From NCBI GenBank assembly GCA_964106645.2, contig OZ067038.1: DNA of 64,000 bases, one strand, 5' to 3'. How positions within the stretch are numbered: the stretch's first letter is position 1; every line of letters begins with the position of its first letter. The DNA comes from Podarcis pityusensis (lineage: Eukaryota). The notes under the pieces are model-generated. The model did not search any database and was not told the DNA's origin. It saw nothing but the letters and a program-made list of their open reading frames with translations. The position numbers were made by a program, and so were the translations under genes. Positions 26,224 through 36,700 of this stretch are shown piece by piece.

Positions 26224-26299
26224 GCTATGAAAAGCCTAGTTGCGATGAAAAGGACATTCTAAGGTAGCTGCGAGGCTTTTATCCAGCTCCCATTTTAGA

Positions 26300-27250
26300 A
26301 ACTAAACAGAGCGGAAGAGCGCCTCGGCTTCCTCCTCTGCCACTTCGTCTCCGGACTCTCCAAGCAGAAAGCGGTTGAGCACGAGAACTTCCGCGAAATT
26401 CCGGACGTCTCCCTCTCGGCTGGCGGCGGCGGCACCTGCTCCAAGCGGAGCCGGCGTCGCTGGGGAAACAAACGGCCGAGGGGCAGCGCCCGCGAGGCGA
26501 GTTGCCGCTGAGGGCAGCCAGCCCCCTCTGGAGGGACCCAGGCGCAGGAGCGGATTCAAACCGCCCAATGGAGCGTCAGATTGGGGGCAAGGGCGGGCAT
26601 AGCGGCGGCCAATGGAGAACGAGGATATTGGGAGGTGTGGCCTGCGTCGGTGATTTCAAACCCACTTGAGGAGCGGCCCGAGGTTTGCCTTACCGACTGG
26701 CCGGTCGCGGCCTAGGTGAGTATCCGCCTCCTGCATGAGAGGGGGGCCTCAGCAGGTGCATGGAAAGCGGGGCTTGGGCCAGGACGGCCGGGGCGCGGAG
26801 CTCGGAGAAAGGCCGTTGCTCTGAGGCGGCCGGGCTCCGCCTCGTCCTTACTGCCATTCTGGTCCTCTAGTTGCTGTTCCTCACGATGGGCTCCACAACA
26901 CAGCTCCATCCCCACCCCGCTGCTCTTGAGGGGAGGGAGGCTTAGTGGTTTGCGTTTGTTCTTGGTTTTTGTTAAGCATTTTGTGTGTTTTTTTATCTTG
27001 TTTTTTTTATGTTGTGAACCTCGCCGAGATCTACCGATGAAGGGCGGCATACAAATTTATTAAGTAATAATAGCGGCAGCTACGGAAGGCCCTCCACCGA
27101 TCTCGGCATCGCCTGTAAAACGAGCCCGCGCTCTCTGCGCTCTGTCTGAGGTGCACAGCGGAATAGGGCTTCCCGCTCGAGTCATCTCTAACTGCGTGTG
27201 GGCATGCGCTGCTGAGGGCTGCAGGTTTGGGTGGGGGGCTCAGCAACTTG
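26300..27250 (+). promoter_or_regulatory. CKAP5: CpG island / CKAP5 promoter with NF-Y (CCAAT), GC-box and CHR elements
   Basis: High GC/CpG. CCAAT or ATTGG at 26565, 26580, 26609, 26627; GGGCGG at 26591; TTCAAA (reverse CHR) at 26555 and 26655. Confidence 0.8.
26661..26715 (+). other. CKAP5: Probable non-coding first exon of CKAP5 (start approximate)
   Basis: Strong donor TAG|gtgagt at 26715/26716 directly downstream of the CCAAT/CHR cluster. Confidence 0.6.
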
Positions 27251-27414
27251 CTGTCCGGTGGAAGCCCCATGCCCACCCTTCACTAGGCAAACTCACTCAC
27301 TTGCATCTCCCCTCCCCTCCCCTCCCTGGTCAAAGGTTAAGCAGGGGCAGGGGGTAGAATTTTGCTTACTGCCAGTTGCCCACTTGAGCAAGCAGGTAGT
27401 ACCAGTCGCTACTA

Positions 27415-27562
27415 GGAATATACAAAAAGCTCTTGTATTGAGTCAGGTCACTGGTTCATCTAGCTTAATCTTGTTCGCCCTGACTGGGAGCGACTTTATA
27501 GGGGTTCAGGCAGGTGTCCCTACCTGGGACCTTCTGCAGGCAAAGCAGATGCTCCACCACTG
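27415..27562 (-). mobile_element. tRNA-derived SINE fragment
   Basis: Reverse complement reads cagtggtggagcatctgctttgcctgcagaaggtcccagg. Confidence 0.5.
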
Positions 27563-29739
27563 CTCTTCTTCTAGTGAAAGGGAGACGGCAGTTGAGTGAG
27601 CAACTGTAGACACCATACCACTCTGTGTTGCCATTGCTGCTAGCTCACTTGCCCAGTAGGGTGAGTGACACTGGTGACTAGAAACAGGACCTGCTTGTCT
27701 GTCCTCTCCCTTTCCACCGGTGCTGCTTGCTTGCTGCATGTGTGAGTTGACAAACAGACACTAGAAGTTCCTATCTGCTTCACTGAGGGATGAAGAGAGG
27801 CTATAACAAGCATTGGTGTTCACAATGTTACATGTACCTAATCTAGAGGGGAAGAGGAGTAGAACTTTAATACCTTCAGGAGGACCCAATCATGCTGCTG
27901 TGATGGATACTTCTACAGACAGGTTGTGGTTGGTAGTGGGCTCTCCTTAGGCCATGGCAGTTGCCGGAAGAATCCAGCCCTGGGTAGGGGCTTCCCAGAG
28001 AAGTAGAGGAACTCTTGATGGCTCTTTGCTCACCCATGACATAGGGAGCAGTGATGAATGCTAGGGCAGCTGTCACCACTGTGAACCAGTGATGATTGTC
28101 AGTAGCTGCTTTTAGGGAGAAGTGGGCAGAGGAGCTCACATCAGCAGTTGCCATTCCCGGAAACCATTGGTGTTTACTTGCTCTGGTGCACTAATGAGCA
28201 GCATTGACAGCCTTTCTTTTCTTGGCAGTCGGTGAATGTTGTTGCTGTCAGTTTGTTCAGGTGAGCTATTGGTGATAGAAGTGGCAAACAAGGAACAACC
28301 TCCATTCCCTACCCTCCAACACAAGAGAGTGAAGAAGACAGTGAGCCTTATGGTGAGGACAGGGGTCCCCTAGACAGCAAGTTGGCATGGGCCTATCAAA
28401 CCTGGAGCTAGTTCTAGTGTAGTAGAGACACTTAGGAACTATTCTGTGAAGGATTTTTCCTCCAGTGGGCCTTACATCCAAGCCATTTACTAGGGTTTCT
28501 ATGCTTAGAATGTTTATATACCCATAGGTATGAGTGGTTTGATAGGCATTGTTAGTGCCTTCTACAAAGTGAGATGCACATTAATGCTTATTGTGGGCAA
28601 TAATAGTTACATTTAATCACACACCCAAGAGGTACCCCATTCAAAAAGTCTTGCTGGATCATATCCATGTACTGTAGTTCAATACCCCCCTTCCTGATGC
28701 CTCTGGAAAGCTTACCCTGATTTCTCCCCCCCCCCTAAAAAAAGTTTCATAATTAGGACCTTGAGCTCCTTCAGTTTAAGATACCTGGAAGTATTATTTG
28801 TTTATGCAGTAGATCTTCATTTGACTTCTCTCTTGAGCAGGGAAGGCAATATTCCTTTTGTAGAAGGAGAGGTATGTTTAAATGCCAGCATCTATGTCCC
28901 AAGGAGGATTGGATAAATCCTAGGCACCTGTGCACTTACATATTTTATACTGACATTTTTATATTGGAGATAATTTGGCTCTGCAATATTGGTAACTACT
29001 TATAAAGAGGATAAGCTATTAAAATGTTATATCTGCGCTGACCCTTTCCCTAGGCACCTGCCCTGTTCTGAAAGTAGCTTTCATCATGGTTGCTAAGTGC
29101 ACTTTATTCCAGAACTTGGAAAGTCCATAGAACATAATGGATCTTCTATTTCAGAACATGCTTGTTCTTTTAACACTCTCTAGAACATGTTACAACTTCA
29201 AAATGTCTTACTTTGACATTTTTACCCACTATTGCTACTGCACACTTAGAAACTCCATTGTTTATAACAGCAGCTTCTTTATGGTCTAGTAATAACATTT
29301 CTTCAAGTCTCCTGCAATCTACTGGTGGGTACCTCTTTCATCATTTAGGATAATGAACTGAGAATCTTGAATAGCTTTGTGGGTCTGGACCTGAGGCATT
29401 TGCTTTTAATCTCTGAATACAGATACTGTGTTACACTTCTAGTTCTTACAAGTAGGTTACCAATTACTGTTTGAAAATGTTTCATCTGAATTTGGTTGCA
29501 AATACAGTGAAAACATTTTTTCTGGATGAAGCAAAAATGTGAATATGTACTGGAATATTATTCTGCAGACTGCAATTACGTCATACTCTATTCTGTTTAT
29601 GATTTTTCAGGGTTGGGCTTCACCATTTTAATCATTATTGTTTTGTATTGTACCATGCACAAATGTCAAAGGAATTATTTCTGTTTAAGAATATTGTGTT
29701 GGTGTATGTGAAATTTCTTGCTCATAGTGTAATGATTTA

Positions 29740-30830
29740 ATAATAATAATAAATAATAAGTTTTTATTTATACCCCGCTCTTCCTGGTTCAGAAACCCGG
29801 GCTCAGGGTGGCTAACAACAAATTTAAAACACTTAATTGTAATACAACATAAAAGCAGCATAAAATACAGTATGAAAGCATGAATAACAATAAAATTCAA
29901 AGTTCAAAAATCAATTTGAGGGAAATCCATCCAATAAACATTAGTCACCAGGGCTAGCTGGCTAAATTAGACCTACAGTGGTACCTCGGGTTACAGACGT
30001 TTTAGGTTACAGACTCCGCTAACCCAAAAATAGTACCTTGGGTTAAGAACTTTGCTTCAGGATGAGAACAGAAATCGTGCGGCGGCAGCGGGAGGCCCCA
30101 TTAGCTAAAGTGGTACCTCAGGTTAAGAACAGTTTCAGGTTAAGAATGGACCTCCGGAACAAATTAAGTTCTTAACCCGAGGTACTACTGTACTTGGGCC
30201 AGTGAGGAGGCCAGGGCAGAATTAGCTGTGGGATCCCAGAGTGGGTAATTTTCATAAAAAGTGGGGAGGGGGGAAGAGAAGGGAAATAAAAGATCAGGCT
30301 GAGTTCAAATTAAAGGCCAGGTGGAATATCTCTGTCTTACAGGCCCGGCGGAAGGAGGTTAAATCCTGTAGGGCCCTAGTCTCATGGGACCAGGTCGGAG
30401 CCATCACTGAAAAGGCCCTGGCCCTGGTGGAGCATAGTCTGACTTCCTTAGGGTCCAGGACATCTAAACTATGGTTATTCATGGACCTTAAGGTCCTCTG
30501 CGGGGCATACCAGGAGAGGCAGTCCCGTATATACCAGGGCCCTAAGCCACGAGGGGCTTTAAAGGTCAAACCCAGCACCTTGAACCTGACCCTATACTCC
30601 ACCGGGAGCCAGTGCAGCTGGTAAAGCACTGGGTGAATATGCTCCCATGGCAGGAACCCCACGAGGAGCCTTGCTGCAGCATTCTGCACCCGCTGGAGTT
30701 TCTGGGACAGTTTCAAGGGCAGCTCCACGTAGAGCAAATTACAGTAGTCAAGCATGGAGGTGACCGTCGCGTGGATCACTGTGGCCAGATCAGGGCAGGA
30801 GAGGTAAGGGACCAACTGCTTAATGCGGCG
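29740..30830 (-). mobile_element. L2-clade LINE 3' fragment (ORF2 C-terminus plus 3'UTR), interrupted by a MITE
   Basis: ORF 30294-30857 has LDYCN...LQRVQNAAARL...HIHPVLYQLHWLPVEYRVRFK, typical of L2/CR1-group ORF2; (TAA)n tail near 29740. Confidence 0.85.
29976..30190. mobile_element. Non-autonomous Tc1/mariner-superfamily (Tigger-like) MITE
   Basis: TIRs CAGTGGTACCTCGGGTTA / TAACCCGAGGTACTACTG; TA target duplication. Confidence 0.85.
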
Positions 30831-30929
30831 AAGATTATCAGTGTTAATGACAATCACTAATAGACACCCCCCCCCAAAAAAAACTATTACTAGCTTTATG
30901 TATGTATTTATTTACTACAAGCATTTCCA

Positions 30930-31072
30930 CTTAGGAACTCAAGGCAGTGTGCATGATTCATTCTCTTTTTATCTTCTCAACAACTCTGTGAGGTATAATA
31001 TATGACACAGGCCCAATGTTGCCCAGTGAGCTTCATGGTTTAGTGGGGATTTGAACCCTGGTCTCTCAGGTT
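30930..31072 (-). mobile_element. MIR/CORE-type SINE fragment
   Basis: caacaactctgtgaggt...gcccagtgagcttcatgg...ggatttgaaccctggtctc (reverse B-box). Confidence 0.55.
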
Positions 31073-31548
31073 TGACAGTCATACACATTCATTCCAGCAG
31101 ACTGAATGAAAACTAACGGTTTTTGCAGTGGTAAATGCTGTTTCCTTCTACTTTGTGGATGTTGATTTGTTTATTAACTTTGTTTCCACCTGGTAAGTTC
31201 TTGTTAAAAGGGGAATTATGGTTACACAGAACTTGAATGCATTTCAGAAGCATGGAAACATGCTAAGGATGTTCCTATTTTTCTCGACTTGTATTTAAAA
31301 AATAAATAAATCTTGTTTGAGGTGCTTTCTCCTTGCTGTAGGGTACTGCAGACATTTGCAGCCATAAAGGGTAGAGCTTACCTAATTTTTCTGACAATGA
31401 CCTAGTTGCTGATTTTTGTAGTACTGTCTATTAAAGCTGTGAAACGGCACATGCAAATTAAGTGGTTGTTGCAGTATTTATCCTTGACTGGTATTAGGAT
31501 TATGAGCTTCATTTTACTATTGTAGGTGGAAAGCATTTCAGCATACTG

Positions 31549-31549
<1 letters not shown>

Positions 31550-31578
<29 letters not shown>
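31550..31578. repeat. (TG)n microsatellite
   Basis: Directly visible. Confidence 0.95.
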
Positions 31579-31585
<7 letters not shown>

Positions 31586-31999
31586 CCTTTCATTATGTTC
31601 CTTTGAGGTTAGGTGATTGTAAGAAGGCAGGAAAACCAAGCGTTGATGCTTATATAAAACACGTGATTCTAACAAAGCTTTGAGTAGTGCTACAGAACGC
31701 TGAGCAGTTAAAGGTGTCTCCTGTAAATTTGAGGAAAGTTGTTGCACTTTGAACAGCTTCTATAAGGCAGGACGTTGTAGTTGGTTCTTCTTAGGGAGAT
31801 GGGTCTCTGGACGTTTTTCAAAGGCCACTTGTTTTGGCTTACCAGCGCAATGTTACAAAAAATGTTTATTCGAAAGCAGTTGGAGGCAGAGTAGTTCTTT
31901 TCGCAATTAAACGTATGCTTGCGGATTCTGTTTCGGACCACTATTTTTAACAGGTTCAATTTACGGTCCCTAGTACAGAGATCACACATAAGCACAACC

Positions 32000-33060
32000 C
32001 TGTACATACCGTCGGGCTCCTAGCCCCGCGGGATCAGCAAGACTTAAGATACGCGGAAGCCTCTTCAGGAGCACGACCCACCTAACTCTAGCTAGTCTGG
32101 CCATAAGTGGACGAATGGCCTTCCTGGCCAGGCCTCTTGTTCAGCATGAGAACCCGTTTGCGACAGAAAGGGAATCAAAAAGGCTTGCGAACTGGTTAGG
32201 GTGGGGACCCTCCGCGGCGCGGAAGCCTCAGTAGAAGCGCTCTGCCTCTCTGATCGGGGGTGGGGGAGAGCGAAGGGGCGGAGTGAGCGCATGGTCCGTC
32301 CAGGGCGGGGATCCGTGCCTTTGTTTGTCACATGGCCCGGGGAAGGCCCTTCGCTCAGGTGCGACGGGAGGCGGAGGTTGGTGTCGCCGGCTGCGACGCG
32401 CCCCGCCCTTGGGGGAGGCGCCTCCTTCTCTGCCGGTCGGAGATGCAGCTCTCCGCCCGCTCCTGCTGCTAAGCCGGGCCGCGGTTGCTGGGCAAGCGAG
32501 AGTCCGGCCTAGTCCGGCCTGGGGGAAGGCGACGTTGTCCGGCGCCCGCTGCAAGGTAGGGCGGTGGCACTGGTGGCGAGGCCTAAATCCCCAGGGTGAA
32601 GGCCAGCTGGGGCGGGCGACTGTCATAAACAATGCCGGGGGAGCGGCCTGCTGCCCCGCTGCATTGGGTGGCCAAGTTGTACCGAGCAGCGTCTCTCGGT
32701 CGGTCGGTCCGGCTGGCGAGCGGCGTCGGCCGATTTGTTGTGCTGGTGGTTGTAGATGTCGACTGGCTCCGAGCTGCAGTAACTGGGGAAATGTGGCCCT
32801 GCTGGGCATAGAGCGGGAAACGGTGTCTGGGGAGCCTTCGGCAATTCCTGTCGCAGGGGAAGGGGACGTGCGTTGTAGGTCTAGACCGGCAATGTGATCT
32901 GGGACAGAAAGGGGATCCTTGACAGGGAAGGGATTCGGATCACCTTTTGAGATTCCCCTGTATGTGCTTGGAAGACGCTGGGGTGAGGTGGGGTGGCATG
33001 GGCGCGAGATTGTCTTGAATGAAGAAGGCCTATGTCAGGAATCCTCAACATCGAGCGCTT
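32000..33060. promoter_or_regulatory. Second CpG island (alternative promoter or regulatory element in CKAP5 intron 1)
   Basis: About 1 kb of very GC/CpG-rich sequence with multiple GC boxes; no recognisable coding content. Confidence 0.65.
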
Positions 33061-33430
33061 GAGCATTTGAACGGAGGTGTTATGTTATGCTGTTCTACTC
33101 TGTGAATGTTCACAACAACAACGCTGGCCCTATTTCAGGGTGCTTGCTTATTATGCTTCGTAGGAAATTTTCATTCTTTGAAATTTAAACCAGGGATGCT
33201 TAATTTTTGACTCTCCAGATGTTGGACTACAACTCCCACTAGAAATCAAGCAGGCACTATCCCTGTTTGAGATCCCTGGTTTAAAAGGTTTTTCAGGAAG
33301 TCCTTGTGTTATGAACTTGTTCTAATGTTTTCTACGTTCTGATGTTGTAACTTAAGTGTTAAATTCAGTCTGTTGTATGTTTTGCTCTTTCCTGTAAACA
33401 GCTGTGAGATACATAGTAAAAAGTGGGGTA

Positions 33431-33778
33431 AAGTAAAGGTAAAGGGACCCCTGACCATTAGGTCCAGTCGTGGGTGACTCTGGGGTTGTGGCGCTCATCT
33501 CGCTTTATTGGCTGAGGGAGCCAGCGTACAGCTTCCGGGTCATGTGGCCAGCATGACTAAGCTGCTTCTGGCGAACCAGAGCAGCACACGGAAACGCCGT
33601 TTACCTTCCCGCCGGAGCAGTACCTATTTATCTACTTGCACCTTGGCGTGCTTTCGAACTGCTAGGTTGGCAGGAGCAGGGACTGAGCAACGGGAGCTCA
33701 CCCCGTTGCGGGGATTTGAACCTTCTGATTGGCAAGTCCTAGGCTCTGTGATTTAACCCACAGCGCCACCTGTGTCCC
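33431..33778 (-). mobile_element. Sauria SINE, near full length
   Basis: Reverse complement of the 200-556 element; (AAAGGT)n tail; TSD aaaagtggggta at 33419-33430 and 33780-33791. Confidence 0.85.
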
Positions 33779-36700
33779 TAAAAGTGGGGTATAAATATCT
33801 TAATCATCCCTGACTGGTCATGTTAACCGGAATCCAACATCTGGAAGGCCACAGCCTAGGCTAACTTATTTTAAGCTTTTTGTATCTGTGGTGCTTTGCA
33901 GAGCATTTTTTTAATTAAAAAAAAAATGATTTCGTGAATTAAAAAAAGTGTTATCTTGTCTCCATGTCAGTGACATTCACACATGCATGTAAATACTAGG
34001 GAAAGATGCAGGGCTCTACAGCATTTATTAGATTTTAGAAAATAAGAGGTACTCGTGGAGAACCTATATTAGTTTCACTCGAACAGGGTTGGGGAACAAG
34101 TGGGACTCCCAGCTAGCATTGTAAATGGTTGTGGATGATAGGTGGCATTGTTCAACAGCATCTGAAGGACCATGGGCTCCCCACCCTGTTTCCAGGACTT
34201 AGTCATAGAGCCTACCTAGAATATTTCCATGTAACAGCTCCTGAATGCAGATGCAGTCAGGTAGAACAACTCTTATTTGGAAGAAAATGTGATTTAAAAT
34301 AAGTTGTGGAAAAACTCAGTAAGCAGAGTGGCAGTGAATAGAGGCAAGTGGTCCTGTCTCAGCATAAGGATTCTCTGTTTGCTCTCTTGTTGTGTAAACA
34401 ACTTGCCTTGCTTCTGCAAGTGGCAAGAGTGTTCTTTTCTTGCGCTCCTCTTCATAAAAAAGACTTCCAGGGATGTATTGTATCCCAATTTGGTACAAAA
34501 TTTGAGGAATTATTTTTTCGGGATTACAGTACAAGTTTTTGAAAATGGTACCAAACAATATTTTAAAAGGCTTGTAACAACAAACAGTTCCTAGAGTTAT
34601 AGCAGAATTCTATAATGTTTACCCAGAAGCAAGTCTCACTACCCCATGCTTCAATTTTATTAAGTCTGTTACAAAAGTTGGGTGCCTCCCACTCTCTCTG
34701 CTGGGTGGTGGCAAAAGCCCATGGGTATTGAGACACAGCAGAGACACTTGTAGCTTTAAGAAATATGGGTTATTCATTCATTTACCCCTTCAATCTGCAT
34801 TGAGGGAGTCCAGATCTTACAGCATGGTCATTTCAAGAGGGGCTTGTACCCCACAGCAGTGCAGCTCTGGAGTCCAAGTCATCTCTCCCAGTAATTTTCT
34901 CAGCCAGCCTGTCCAAAAAATGGCTCCCAACCCTTCTTCATCTTCCTTCCCAGAACCCCTTACTACCAGACTCCCTTTTCCTGTCACCTCAAACATTGTT
35001 TTGCTGGCAACCTTCCAAATCCCCAGTCACTGTTCACCTGGGGTGGGGGGAAAGGACAATTCCTCAATGATTTCTTAAAGGCTTGGCCAGCTTGTTTAGC
35101 ATAGGCTAGTCCAGGAATTGATCTTCAGATTGTATTTCTCCCTTCACACCCCAAATCATCAAAATCCTACCATTTATTAAATTCTGAGAGTAACCCTAAT
35201 CAAGCACTGTGTTTCTGGCTTCTGAAAACATACGATTACTTTGTTGGAGTGCTCAGTTCATTTGTTCTCTCTCCCCAGTTCTTTTTGATTGGCTGTTTTC
35301 TTTTAGAAGACATCTGAAGGTAGCCCTGTTTAGGGAAATTTTTAATATTTGCTGAATTATTGTATTTTAATCTTTTGTTGGAAGCTGCCCAGAGTAGCTG
35401 GGGAAATCCAGCCAGATGGGTGGGTTATAAATAATAAATAATAAAAATTATTGTTGTTGTTGTTTTATATTTGAAACAGCAACTGCCATACTGTAAAATA
35501 TTTCAAATGATGCAGTCAAATTTAAGCACTTTTAAGTCCCCATTATCTGAAAGTAGGAAAAAGTTAAGCATGTCTGTTAATCCTGTTGAAATTGAGAAGG
35601 CATAAAGGTGCTGGGTCATTTAGCTCAATCTGATATCTTTAGCTCAATCTGAATATGTTTTCTTTGAAATAAATCTTACAGATTTCAGTGTGGTGTACTC
35701 TGGAATAGCTGTATGTAGGACTGCAATTACCGGTAGATACTTCAGAGTCACATTGTGTATTTAAAACACAAATAATCAATTCTGTACAATTCTGATATTA
35801 GAAAGCTTTTATCATTTGTGTCCTCAAAGCAGCTTCTGTGAAAAGTAACATTTTGAGATGGCTTGGTTGTGTTGTTGTTTGATAGGTGAATCTTTCTTGC
35901 TGTGGGTGATGTTGGAGGTCCATCACACTGTTAAACAGTAGAATGCACTGGGTAATAAACTCTGGGCTCACCATACTTGCTACGTGGTCCAGAACAAATT
36001 ACAATTCCTCTGCCTAGCTAATGTCATAGAATAATTACAAAATTAGATGTGAGTTCCCCATAAAAAGCAAAAAAAGGAGGGCAAGCTGAATGAACAGATT
36101 TGATCTTCAGTTGCTTCATCTTTTAAGCATTGGGTAGCTACAGGTGAAGTTTTGCAAATAGAATTGGAAAGGAAAGTTTTATTAAAAATTAATCTGAGGT
36201 TTTGCTTCTAAGTGAGATCTTGAGCAAAGCTTTTCCTTGGTTGCAGCAAAACAATAGTAACTTATGGAGTAATGACAACAGTGGCAGTGATCCAAGTATC
36301 AGTTCAAAAGTAGCAATCACAGTGTGTACTGCAATTAAACACATCTATTCTGAGCTACCTTTGGTTCTCCCTCCTTATCTTCTGTCTTCCTCACTGGCTC
36401 TGTTCATATCTCCGTTCATGTGCTGTGGGTTCATTTGCTCCCCTCTCTCACCTCAGTTTTCTTTTTCAAAATCAAGGGGCCTATGACTATTAACAAGGCA
36501 TTACTTCCAAGCCACTGAAGATTGAATGCATGACATTTTAATAGAGCCATTGTCTATTTTAAGCGGGGGTAGGGGCGCTTATGAAGCTCTAAGATGTCAT
36601 GTATGCTCATTGTGTTGTAGCAAGAGCTGATTCATAAAATGCCTGCTTCATGCCATGTTGATCGTTGGGTGGGTGGGTGCACGACTGTGATTTGCCCCTA

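Noticed and set aside
32092-32897. Long overlapping ORFs (193 and 204 aa) in the second CpG island, and similar ORFs at 26302-27063
   Set aside because: Low-complexity Ala/Arg/Gly/Pro products expected from GC-rich DNA with few stop codons; no recognisable domain.
34667-35150. Possible solo LTR (TG start, minus-strand polyA-like signal)
   Set aside because: No clear TG...CA boundaries with a matching TSD; cannot support it without a repeat library.
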